The notes under the pieces: model-generated
What the model was told of the DNA's origin: nothing
Seen by the model: the letters and a program-made list of their open reading frames with translations, nothing else
Database searches by the model: none
Program-made: the position numbers and the translations under genes
IMG/VR virus record: IMGVR_UViG_3300025875_000009
DNA from: an uncultured virus (IMG/VR IMGVR_UViG_3300025875_000009)
Taxonomy: Duplodnaviria; Heunggongvirae; Uroviricota; Caudoviricetes
DNA length: 21,046 nucleotides
Reading direction: 5' to 3' (one strand)
Shown: piece by piece, positions 1 through 7,529 of the stretch
Numbering within the stretch: position 1 is the stretch's first letter
How the letters are laid out: every line of letters starts with the position of its first letter

Positions 1-879
1 GAGGGCGGCGCGATGTCGCTCCGCATGCTGTTCTATCTCGACAGCACCGAGGCAACGCTCATCACCAAGCTCAACGCAGGATCGCTCGACGAAGTGTCGG
101 TCGCATTCCTGTCGCGCGAGTTCACCTGCTCGGAATGCGGCTGGGATTATTTCTCGTTCGGCGCGCAGGAAAACATCTGGAACCGGACGTGCGGCAATGG
201 CCACGTCATCGGCCAGAACGGCGTCCACGCCGAAATGACCGGCCTCGATAAGTTCATCGAGCTGTCGTTGGTGGCCCGTGGTGCAGCGGATACCCCTAAG
301 ATTGTCGGGAAATCCGAGGCAAAGCTCGCGCCCGAAGATGCCCTTCGCCTCGCGGCGAGCGGGTTCACCGAACCAAACGCTCTGGTCGTCCAGGCGTCAC
401 GAGGGAAAGATACGATGGATCTCACTGCTGCCCTGACCCAGATCAGCACCCTGTCGACCGACAAGGGCACGCTGACCGCCAATCTCGCAACGGTGACCGG
501 CGAGCGCGACACCGCGCGCAACGACCTCGCGACCCGCACGACCGAGCTGGCGACCGCCAATGCCTCGATCGCGACGCTGACGACCGAGCGTGACAATGCC
601 CTGTCGGCGAACGGCAATGCGGTGACCGAGGCCACCGAGGCCAAGGCGCTGCTGGGCGAGCAGCTCGACGCGCTCTGCGTCGCGCTGGGCGAGGCGAAGC
701 TGGAGGGCGACAAGCGCCCGACCACGATCGCCGCGTTCAAGACCGAGATCGAGGCGCGCACGGGCAAGCTGACCGCGATCCTGCCGACCGGCGGGCGCGG
801 CCAGGGTGCCGGGGGCACCGGCGACGAGACGAAGGCGACTCTGACGGCGAACCCGTCCGCGTTCGCCCTCCGCAAGTAA
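1..879 (+). CDS. Prohead maturation protease fused to a C-terminal coiled-coil scaffold (5' end probably outside the window)
   Basis: Frame is open from base 1 (GAG GGC GGC GCG ATG). HK97-type protease motifs EVSVAF and ELSLVARGA flank a CSECG...CGNGH insert. The C-terminal half is Thr/Ala-rich and heptad-like. Lies upstream of decoration and capsid genes. Confidence 0.75.
   Translation, partial: EGGAMSLRMLFYLDSTEATLITKLNAGSLDEVSVAFLSREFTCSECGWDYFSFGAQENIWNRTCGNGHVIGQNGVHAEMTGLDKFIELSLVARGAADTPKIVGKSEAKLAPEDALRLAASGFTEPNALVVQASRGKDTMDLTAALTQISTLSTDKGTLTANLATVTGERDTARNDLATRTTELATANASIATLTTERDNALSANGNAVTEATEAKALLGEQLDALCVALGEAKLEGDKRPTTIAAFKTEIEARTGKLTAILPTGGRGQGAGGTGDETKATLTANPSAFALRK
415..879 (+). 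CDS. Probable nested in-frame scaffolding protein (154 aa)
   Basis: GAGGGA at 401-406 precedes an in-frame ATG at 415, exactly where the coiled-coil region begins (MDLTAALTQISTL...). Analogous to lambda C/Nu3. Confidence 0.5.
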   Translation: MDLTAALTQISTLSTDKGTLTANLATVTGERDTARNDLATRTTELATANASIATLTTERDNALSANGNAVTEATEAKALLGEQLDALCVALGEAKLEGDKRPTTIAAFKTEIEARTGKLTAILPTGGRGQGAGGTGDETKATLTANPSAFALRK

Positions 880-894
880 CGGAAGGAAGAACAC

Positions 895-1308
895 ATGGCT
901 TACACCCCCAACGGTGTCGTCTCGTACGGTTTCCCCCTCGACGACGACACGTTCACCTACCTCATCACGGGCCTCGCCCAGACCGATGACGCCGCGGCGT
1001 CGGCGGCCGGCAAGGCGGTGACGCAGGACAAGACCAAGGCCGCGGCTGTCAAGCTGGCGGGCGACGGCGACGAGATCTTCGGCCGCGTCTTCCAGGCCGA
1101 GAACCGCGCCGTGCAGGGCTTCATGACCGCCGCGGTGCAGCGCCGGTTCAAGGAGAAGCTGCCGGCCGCTGCCGGACACGGCATCGCGCTGGGCGACTCG
1201 GTCGTCGGTGCGGGCGCGGGTCTGGTCAAGAAGGCCGATGCCGGCGCGGGCCTCCGCACGGTGGTGGTCGAAGTTTTCAACGACGCGGTCGTGGTCGAGC
1301 GGCTTTAA
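895..1308 (+). CDS. Capsid decoration/cement protein
   Basis: 137 aa, Gly/Ala/Val-rich (GKAVT...VKLAGDGDEIFG). RBS GGAAGGA. Sits between scaffold and capsid genes. Confidence 0.65.
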   Translation: MAYTPNGVVSYGFPLDDDTFTYLITGLAQTDDAAASAAGKAVTQDKTKAAAVKLAGDGDEIFGRVFQAENRAVQGFMTAAVQRRFKEKLPAAAGHGIALGDSVVGAGAGLVKKADAGAGLRTVVVEVFNDAVVVERL

Positions 1309-1347
1309 GCCGCTCGACATCGAAATCTCAGAAGGGAATAAACTCAG

Positions 1348-2532
1348 ATGTCCGATCTTCTCGCCATTCTGGCCGGTGCCAAGCCCGCCAACGAGGTTCT
1401 CGCCGGTCTTCGTGACGAGAACATGCAGGCCAGCCTTGCCGCTGGCCAGAAGCTGGTGCAGCAGGCGAAGACCGCTAAGCTGTCCATGCCCGATTATCTT
1501 CGTCTGGCGGTCAAGCCCGACGGCGAGATGAAGCTGGACGGCTTCGAGTGCGCGCTCGCGTATCTGAACCTGCCCATCCGCGAGGACTTCTCCTCGGGTG
1601 TCCTGCTGCAGGCCGCCGCCGAGACGTTCACCACGTTCCCTGGCACGCGCGCCCTGTTCCCGCAGGTCGTCGACAACATCCTGCAGTGGAAGTACCGCCA
1701 GGATCAGATCGAGAACGTCGCCGGCCTCGTGTCGCAGTCGCGCACGGTCAACGGCGTTGAGGTCATCACCCAGGTGGTCGACGACAAGCCGGAGGACTAC
1801 CAGCAGACCGGCGTCATCAACGAGGGTGCCCGCATCCCGATCCGCTCGCTGCGCACCAGCGAGAAGAACGTCAAGTTCTACAAGTTCGGCGGTGGCATCG
1901 AGTTCACCTATGAGTTCGAGCGTCGGGCGAGCCTGGACCTCATCACGCCGTATGCCGCGCGCATGCAGCGCGAGGTCGAGATCGGCCAGACGGCGATCGC
2001 GACCGCGATGCTGCTGAACGGCGACGGCGTGAACGGTGCAGCCCCGGTGGTCGACGCCACCGATCTGGCCGCGGCGATCCCCGGCGGTCCGACCCCGGAA
2101 GCGGGCCGGATCAACTGGGAGATCTTCCTGAAGTGGCTGGTGTCGATGGCCCAGAAGGGCACGCCGATCGACACGATCACCGGCAACTACGACATGTACT
2201 TCGAGTGGGTGCGCATGTTCGCGACGCCGAATGCGTCGCTGGGCGGCAAGACCCAGATGGAAGTGCTGCAGGCCGCCGGTGTCAGCGTCGCGCTCCAGAA
2301 CCCGCGCTTCGACCTGAACGTGAACTTCGCGCTCAGCTCGACGGCCCCCGAGGCCAAGCTGATTGGCTTCATCAAGTCCGAAACGCTGGAAGAGCTGGTC
2401 GAGAACGGCTCCGACATCGAGGAGTCGGTCCGCGCGATCGAGAACCAGAAGGTCCGGTACGTGAAGACCACGAACCGCGGCTACCGCCTGATCTTCAACG
2501 ACACGCGGTCGGTGCTCAACCTCGACGCCTAA
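1348..2532 (+). CDS. Major capsid protein (HK97 fold)
   Basis: 394 aa with E-loop/backbone-helix pattern VINEGARIP...VKFYKFGGGIEFTYE...LLNGDG. Strongly biased codon usage and canonical position. Confidence 0.88.
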   Translation: MSDLLAILAGAKPANEVLAGLRDENMQASLAAGQKLVQQAKTAKLSMPDYLRLAVKPDGEMKLDGFECALAYLNLPIREDFSSGVLLQAAAETFTTFPGTRALFPQVVDNILQWKYRQDQIENVAGLVSQSRTVNGVEVITQVVDDKPEDYQQTGVINEGARIPIRSLRTSEKNVKFYKFGGGIEFTYEFERRASLDLITPYAARMQREVEIGQTAIATAMLLNGDGVNGAAPVVDATDLAAAIPGGPTPEAGRINWEIFLKWLVSMAQKGTPIDTITGNYDMYFEWVRMFATPNASLGGKTQMEVLQAAGVSVALQNPRFDLNVNFALSSTAPEAKLIGFIKSETLEELVENGSDIEESVRAIENQKVRYVKTTNRGYRLIFNDTRSVLNLDA

Positions 2533-2556
2533 CAGCGTCGCACCGCCAAGGTGAAG

Positions 2557-2587
2557 GAAGGGCGCAGTTGACAAAACTGCGCCCTTC
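2557..2587 (+). terminator. Perfect 13-bp stem-loop after the capsid gene (terminator or processing hairpin)
   Basis: GAAGGGCGCAGTT-GACAA-AACTGCGCCCTTC. No clear U-tract. TTGACA (2568-2573) spans the tip. Confidence 0.55.
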
Positions 2588-2649
2588 TCGCATCTGGCGT
2601 CAGGACCAAGCCGACGTACATCAAACCGGAACCCGCTGAAGAACGCGGG

Positions 2650-2991
2650 ATGTGCCAGAAGTGCTTCGTAAAACCGCAGTCGAAGCGCGATCGACGAACC
2701 TACCGGCCGCTTTGCTACGGCTGTCATACACGCCGACACGGCCTGCGGACCTCAGCCATAAAGAGCCGGCCCTACACGTCCGCGAAGGAGGACAAGTGCC
2801 GCCGGTGCGGCTTCGTTCCCGAGCATTCATGCCAGCTGGACGTCGATCATATCGACGAAGATCACAGCAATAACGACCCGGCCAACCTCCAAACCCTGTG
2901 CGCCAACTGCCATCGTTTGAAGACCCGAGCAGCTCATCTGAAACAACCGATGTCACCACTGCCCACCGCTCTTCCCATTGATGGTCATTAG
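2650..2991 (+). CDS. HNH endonuclease with zinc-binding CxxC pairs
   Basis: CQKC, CYGC and CRRC, then LDVDHIDEDHSNNDPANLQTLCANCH. Start uncertain: the frame is open back to 2572 and there is no clear RBS. Confidence 0.85.
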   Translation: MCQKCFVKPQSKRDRRTYRPLCYGCHTRRHGLRTSAIKSRPYTSAKEDKCRRCGFVPEHSCQLDVDHIDEDHSNNDPANLQTLCANCHRLKTRAAHLKQPMSPLPTALPIDGH

Positions 2992-3021
2992 CGGTTATGA
3001 CCTCGTGAAAGGAGAACGCCT

Positions 3022-3375
3022 ATGGCTAAGTCGCCGCACACTCGCACCCCAGCTGGGGCGCGCACGCCGCCCCCGGCCGAGGTCGCCAACCCCACCCCAC
3101 AGGTCGGTAGCACGCCGGAAACGCCGGCCGTTCCCGAGCCTGCTCCCGCGCCGCCGATCGAGTTCGAGCCGCCGCCCGCGATGGTGGCCAGCGAGCCGGC
3201 CCCCGGTGCCGAGATGATTACCGTCGAGACGACCGGCAGCTTCATGCTGCAAGACCCCGGCAATCTGCAGGTGGTCCCGCACAACCGGTCCAAGTCGATG
3301 GAGAAGACTCCCTTCATCGAGACGGCGATTGACGACGGTCGTCTGACGACCAAGATCACCAAGAAGGCTGACTGA
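3022..3375 (+). CDS. Hypothetical protein with Pro-rich N-terminus, probably virion-associated
   Basis: Strong RBS AAGGAG, 117 aa, stop overlaps the next start (TGATG). Confidence 0.7.
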   Translation: MAKSPHTRTPAGARTPPPAEVANPTPQVGSTPETPAVPEPAPAPPIEFEPPPAMVASEPAPGAEMITVETTGSFMLQDPGNLQVVPHNRSKSMEKTPFIETAIDDGRLTTKITKKAD

Positions 3376-4076
3376 TGATCGTTCGCGCCGGCACGGCAGT
3401 CACGTTCCCCATCCTGTTCTCCATTGGAAAGCCGGACGGGAACGTCGACTACAAGATCTATGACCCATCGGGCCTCGTGCTCGGCAGCGGGCAGATCGTC
3501 GTGCCGGCCGATGCCGTTTCCGTCCTCCTGCAGGTGGACGCGAACAAGAACCTGCTCGCAGCCGGCGCGCTTCTTTCCTATCGCGACGTCGAGTGGAGCT
3601 ACGTGGTTGGCGGGCAGGTACAGAACGGGGAGGCGCGCTACACCGTGGAGGCGCGCCTACCATTCGGCGTCAGCGCCGACGGCGTACGAGCGAAGCTCGG
3701 CGTCGACAAGACCGATCTTCCCGACAGCGACATCAGCCTCGCCAAGGCGTTCCTCGCATTCCGCGACGTGGTGACGCCCGAGGCGCTGGCGACCGTCGCG
3801 ACCGACGACGTCGCGGTGACCGAGGCGATCGAAGCGCAGGCCGCTCTCGCCCTGATCCCGACGATGGCCGTGCGCGTGGCGACCAAGGAGTCGAGCGGCA
3901 CCAACCAGTTTCAGCGGCAGGCGATCGACTGGGACACCGTCGCCACCTATCTGCAAAGCATCATCAGCGCGGGCTACCTGACGGTGGTGCCGACCTATGA
4001 CGAGACGGCCAGCTTTGGCTCGCTGCTGCTCGTCGTCACGCCAGCGGTTGACGCGATTACGGGAGCCAGCAGTTAA
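3375..4076 (+). CDS. Head-tail adaptor-like protein with an N-terminal beta-rich domain
   Basis: 233 aa. VSADGVRAKLGVDKTDLPDSDI resembles the first helices of gp6/gp15-type adaptors. Position after capsid; coupled start and stop codons. Confidence 0.55.
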   Translation: MIVRAGTAVTFPILFSIGKPDGNVDYKIYDPSGLVLGSGQIVVPADAVSVLLQVDANKNLLAAGALLSYRDVEWSYVVGGQVQNGEARYTVEARLPFGVSADGVRAKLGVDKTDLPDSDISLAKAFLAFRDVVTPEALATVATDDVAVTEAIEAQAALALIPTMAVRVATKESSGTNQFQRQAIDWDTVATYLQSIISAGYLTVVPTYDETASFGSLLLVVTPAVDAITGASS

Positions 4077-4525
4077 TGTCGAACACGATCATCGCGCCGC
4101 TGTTCAAATCGATCCTTCGATACACCAGCGAAACGATCGAGGAGATCAACGCGGCCGGCGTCTACCCCGAGGTGCGCTATCACGATTGGGAGAGCCGCGG
4201 CGACGAGGACAAGCTGCCGCGCTGCACGCTGATCGGCGTTGAAGCGTTCGGTTTTCACGAGAACCGCGGCCTCTGGGACATCCGGTTCGGCCTCGGCGTG
4301 TCGAGCTATCGTGACGCGAACCTGCTCGATGAGATCGAGCTGATCGACTTTCTGCACACGCGCTTCGGCGAGGGCCGGAAAGTGCCGCTGTACGCGGTCA
4401 GCGGCGACAACGCTGAGCAGATCTCCGAGTTGGTATCGACCGATTTCCAGTCGCTGCCGATGTCCCAGTCGAGCTATCGGAATTACCGCGAGATCGGCAT
4501 CGAGCTGAAGCGCACGGGCACCTGA
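4076..4525 (+). CDS. Probable tail terminator/neck protein
   Basis: 149 aa alpha/beta protein in the neck cluster, TAATG overlap. Function inferred from size and synteny only. Confidence 0.45.
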   Translation: MSNTIIAPLFKSILRYTSETIEEINAAGVYPEVRYHDWESRGDEDKLPRCTLIGVEAFGFHENRGLWDIRFGLGVSSYRDANLLDEIELIDFLHTRFGEGRKVPLYAVSGDNAEQISELVSTDFQSLPMSQSSYRNYREIGIELKRTGT

Positions 4526-4526
4526 C

Positions 4527-5501
4527 ATGACGATGCGCATCCGTTTCGTTGCCAGCCGGTCACCTGTGGTGCGCGATAAGAAGATCATTGGCTCGGTCAC
4601 TGAAGTGGCACAACAGTCCACGCGCAGTCTTGCGGCGGCGATCGCCAACGATCTTGCTTTCAGCGCCGCAGACAACATGTTCCGCAACGTCAAGAACGAG
4701 ATCGCTGCTTCCTTCCAAAAGGATGCCAAACAGGAGCTGACGCACCTCGCCGCGCTGTACCGCCGGCACGTCATCGGCGCGGGCGCGGGGAAGCGCCGCC
4801 CTTCCGGCATGCTTAGCTACGCACTCGGCCCGTCCGACACCGGCGTCGGCGACGACGACAACGAGGTCGCGATCGCCGAGAGCCTACCGGACTGGGCACC
4901 GCGCAGCCCGCGCTACCTCGCGCGCAAGAAACGGATGGGCTGGTCACAGACGTGGTTCTCGGCGCGCGGCGACCTCGCGCGCGAGATGCGCGCCGACGTG
5001 CTGCTGTCCGCCTATGGTCCGGTTCGCGTCAGCGTGGTCCGCAACGTCGAGGCGACCAACGCGCTCGGCGGCACGCGCGTCAGCGGCCGGTTTACCGGCG
5101 CGCGCCTCGATACCTTCGGCCCGAACGCCGGACCGGCAAAGAGCGCCGCGCCTGCGGACGTCGCCGCCAGTCACATCCGACTGCAGGTTGCGACGATCCG
5201 CGTGTTCGCCATGCAGCAGATCACACCGTCGATGCTGCCGGCGCTGGCCACCGGCAATCCAGCGACCCAGAACGACGACAGCGCCTCGCGTGGCACGCGC
5301 TTCATCGAGCCGCTGCGCAGCGTGTCGCCGACGCTCGCCTACCGGCTCGGCCGCCTGTCGTGGCAGACCGGCCGTTACCGCCCGACGCTGGAGCCGTTCC
5401 TCGCGTGGTATCTGACGCGCGCCATCCCGAACGCGCTGGCTCTGCGCATCGAACAGGGCGCGATCCGCCGCGCGCGCCGGCTCAACGTCGTCAGGCGCTG
5501 A
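4527..5501 (+). CDS. Virion morphogenesis / tail completion protein (Mu gpG, P2 gpS-like motif)
   Basis: 324 aa, basic. Contains DWAPRSPRYLARKK...GDL, resembling the WxPLSxxTxxRK motif of this family. Confidence 0.5.
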   Translation: MTMRIRFVASRSPVVRDKKIIGSVTEVAQQSTRSLAAAIANDLAFSAADNMFRNVKNEIAASFQKDAKQELTHLAALYRRHVIGAGAGKRRPSGMLSYALGPSDTGVGDDDNEVAIAESLPDWAPRSPRYLARKKRMGWSQTWFSARGDLAREMRADVLLSAYGPVRVSVVRNVEATNALGGTRVSGRFTGARLDTFGPNAGPAKSAAPADVAASHIRLQVATIRVFAMQQITPSMLPALATGNPATQNDDSASRGTRFIEPLRSVSPTLAYRLGRLSWQTGRYRPTLEPFLAWYLTRAIPNALALRIEQGAIRRARRLNVVRR

Positions 5502-5868
5502 GCATCGCGTTCATCGCGGCGATTGCCGCCTCGATGCTGGTGGCACCTTCCGTCACATCCTTCGCGCCATCGGGCGCGCCGGGCCGCGGCGTCGCGCTGC
5601 CGCCGAGGGCATGGTTCAGGACCGACACCAGCGAGTTGTGCTGGGACAGGAGCCGGGCGTCGAGTTCACCGTACTTCCGCTGGATCTTGTTGGTCAGCTC
5701 GGTGTAGCTGTGCCGCCATGTGAGGCGATCCGCTTCCTCCTCGACAACGTCGAAGGCCCAGCAGATCGCTCCCTCAAAGGTCAGGCTTCCGAACCACTTG
5801 AGGAGAGGTTCGGAAGGGCCAGCTTGAACTGCTCCCCGACCGTTCGAAGACCCAGAGTTCGTTTGGCG
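5491..5868 (-). CDS. Frameshift-accessed C-terminal extension (T part of a ~226-aa gpGT-like tail assembly chaperone)
   Basis: Open -1 frame relative to 5781..6170, with no convincing start or RBS of its own. A low-complexity linker is followed by a helical domain (PLLKWFGSLTFEGAICWAFD...SYTELTNKIQRKYGE). Confidence 0.65.
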   Translation of the reverse strand, partial: RQTNSGSSNGRGAVQAGPSEPLLKWFGSLTFEGAICWAFDVVEEEADRLTWRHSYTELTNKIQRKYGELDARLLSQHNSLVSVLNHALGGSATPRPGAPDGAKDVTEGATSIEAAIAAMNAMLSA

Positions 5869-6170
5869 AAAAAATACAGGACATGTTGCACCACCCAAGT
5901 CAGGAGTGCCTCGACCTCGTCGATGTCCAGTTCGACCTCGCCCGGCAGGATCAGGTCGTCAACCGACATGACCGGCTTCTCCAGCGGGGTCAGCATCCGG
6001 CGCACGACATAGTCTTGTGTGATCGGATCGCTCATCACCAGCTGCATCGCCGAGGCCGGGTCGGGCAGCATGCGGCACACGTCCATCAGGAGCGCGTACG
6101 GCATCTTCAGCTCGCGATCGGCGACCTTGAGGATCTTGGGGGGCGGCAACAGGGCAATATTATCCGACAA
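5781..6170 (-). CDS. Probable tail assembly chaperone (gpG-like), 129 aa
   Basis: TTG start with GAGGAG RBS. Acidic helical protein with N-terminal LKVADRELKMPY strands. In-frame slippery heptamer at codons 99-101 (Y-F-F). Confidence 0.65.
   Translation of the reverse strand: MSDNIALLPPPKILKVADRELKMPYALLMDVCRMLPDPASAMQLVMSDPITQDYVVRRMLTPLEKPVMSVDDLILPGEVELDIDEVEALLTWVVQHVLYFFAKRTLGLRTVGEQFKLALPNLSSSGSEA
5868..5874 (-). other. Programmed -1 ribosomal frameshift heptamer T TTT TTC
   Basis: Minus strand reads TAT TTT TTC GCC, an X XXY YYZ pattern in the correct phase. A -1 slip enters the frame ending at 5491. Confidence 0.75.
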
Positions 6171-6384
6171 CGGCCGGCTCCTCGGTCATGGTGGTCAGCA
6201 GCAGATGGCGAAGCGCGTCATTCAGGGAGATGTGCTTCCCCATGCCGAGCAACACGAGCTGGGTCACCTTCTTGTTGAGATTGGTCCCCTCGTCCTGCGC
6301 GAGCTGCGCGATTTCGAGGTAGAGAGCGAGAGGGACGCGGACCGTGAAACTGCGGTGCGTGTCGGTATCGGATGACTTGGGCAT
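6160..6384 (-). CDS. Arc/HicB-like ribbon-helix-helix DNA-binding protein (74 aa)
   Basis: SFTVRVPLALYLEIAQLAQDEGTNLNKKVTQLV matches the RHH strand-helix-G-x-(S/N)-helix pattern. ATG at 6384 with GGAG upstream. Its stop overlaps the chaperone start. Confidence 0.75.
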   Translation of the reverse strand: MPKSSDTDTHRSFTVRVPLALYLEIAQLAQDEGTNLNKKVTQLVLLGMGKHISLNDALRHLLLTTMTEEPAVVG

Positions 6385-6486
6385 AACGCTCCGCAAACGG
6401 TGGTCTTTGGTTGACAGGGTTCTCGTTGCCGTGGTGCCCCAGAAAAGGCGAGAGGCGGCTGTGAATTATACCGCAGGAGTGCCGTG
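6385..6486. promoter_or_regulatory. Divergent intergenic control region (RHH operon leftward, major tail gene rightward)
   Basis: TTGACA on + at 6411-6416 and TATAAT on - at 6470-6465, neither with a good partner hexamer. AGGAG RBS at 6475-6479. Confidence 0.45.
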
Positions 6487-7335
6487 ATGGCTGAAGTCCA
6501 GAAGTCCGCATTTTCGCTGTCCGGCGCTACCTTGATGATGGGTCGGGCATTCGTCGACGACGTGTTCGGCCTCACCCCCGACAAGCACTCGGTCGGCATG
6601 GCGCAGGAAATCCGCGTCGTGGTCGACAGCTCGCGCAACGAGCTGCTGAACGGCGTCGCCCAGTCGGTCGTCGATTCCAAGCGCACCAACGTGAAGCCGT
6701 CGATCACCGGCAACGTGTTCGAATACACGGCACAGAACTTCATGCGGGCGCAGGGCCTGGCCGGCGCGGCGATCACGCCGAAGCGCGGCGTGCTGACCGC
6801 CGACGTAACGGCGGGTGCGGTGTCGCTGACCGTCGCGTCGGACCCCATCCCCGGCGAAACGACCTCGGCGATCACCGCGATCGGCGACATCCCGGCCGGC
6901 AGCTCGATCCTGATCCAGCTGGCCGACGGCACCGATCTGGTCTTCCCGACCAAGTCGAGTGCCGCGGCGACGGCAGCGGCCCCGAACTTCACGATCCCGA
7001 TCGCCGGCGATTTCAAGATCCCGGCGGACATGACCTTCCCGGCCGGATCGAAGGTCTGGATCGTGCAGGAGATCGGCATCGGTGCGATCACCGAGGACGA
7101 CCTGTTCTGCGTCAAGGTGAGCGGCAAGCTCGCCAACTTCAACCGCCCGGTCGTGTTCGTCGCCCCGAAGGTGCGCATGGTCAAGGGCTTCGAGGTTGGC
7201 TTCAGCGAAACCCAGTACGGCTCCATGCCGTGGGAGATGTCGCCGCAGCTGATGAGCCGCGGTGAGGTCAGCTCGCTGCCGCGCCTGTCGGAGATCGGGA
7301 CCAAGCGTTCCGGCGTCACCTACGTCGGCGGCTAA
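6487..7335 (+). CDS. Major tail (tube) protein
   Basis: 282 aa from ATG 6487 with AGGAG RBS. Beta-rich with highly biased codons, tube-like C-terminus (FVAPKVRMVKGFEVGFSETQYGSMPWEMSP), followed by a terminator. Confidence 0.75.
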   Translation: MAEVQKSAFSLSGATLMMGRAFVDDVFGLTPDKHSVGMAQEIRVVVDSSRNELLNGVAQSVVDSKRTNVKPSITGNVFEYTAQNFMRAQGLAGAAITPKRGVLTADVTAGAVSLTVASDPIPGETTSAITAIGDIPAGSSILIQLADGTDLVFPTKSSAAATAAAPNFTIPIAGDFKIPADMTFPAGSKVWIVQEIGIGAITEDDLFCVKVSGKLANFNRPVVFVAPKVRMVKGFEVGFSETQYGSMPWEMSPQLMSRGEVSSLPRLSEIGTKRSGVTYVGG

Positions 7336-7356
7336 CCGCTACAGCTTCGGCTGCTC

Positions 7357-7395
7357 GAAGGGCATCTGGGAATTTTCCCAGATGCCCTTCTTTTT
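7357..7395 (+). terminator. Rho-independent terminator
   Basis: GAAGGGCATCTGGGA-ATTT-TCCCAGATGCCCTTC followed by TTTTT. Preceded by a small CAGC-TTCG-GCTG hairpin at 7342-7353. Confidence 0.85.
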
Positions 7396-7475
7396 GTCTA
7401 GTTACCGGGTAACTTGTATATATTCACTCATCTGGCTTCTAGTTCTTATAAAAATACCCAGCAACCAGACAAAAA
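7391..7475. repeat. 21-bp imperfect inverted repeat enclosing an AT-rich 43-bp spacer
   Basis: 7391-7411 TTTTTGTCTAGTTACCGGGTA versus the reverse complement of 7455-7475 TTTTTGTCTGGTTGCTGGGTA (18/21 identical). Confidence 0.85.
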
Positions 7476-7529
7476 CCAATCCACAAGGCGCTCGTGACAC
7501 CCGCGGCGCGTCGAGAGCAGAGCGGTTCC

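Noticed and set aside
397..2739. 780-aa minus-strand ORF and similar long antisense ORFs (9167..10960, 11286..12554, 12840..14654, 16567..18303)
   Set aside because: Shadow frames of high-GC, codon-biased plus-strand genes. No recognisable motifs or RBS.
5869..5898. Independent TTG start at 5898 for the 135-aa minus ORF
   Set aside because: No good RBS and it lies deep inside the upstream gene. The -1 frameshift explains the frame better.
5781..6384. RHH plus downstream ORF as a toxin-antitoxin pair
   Set aside because: The downstream protein shows no PIN, RelE/ParE, HicA or GNAT motifs and has a G/GT-type frameshift. Not fully excluded without a profile search.
6264..7319. 351-aa ORF antisense to the major tail gene, running into the RHH region
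   Set aside because: Ser/Pro/Ala-rich composition typical of a shadow frame. It overlaps two better-supported genes.
7494..7529. GTG start at 7494 for the gpL-like gene
   Set aside because: ATG 7530 gives a more typical N-terminus. The extension lacks support.
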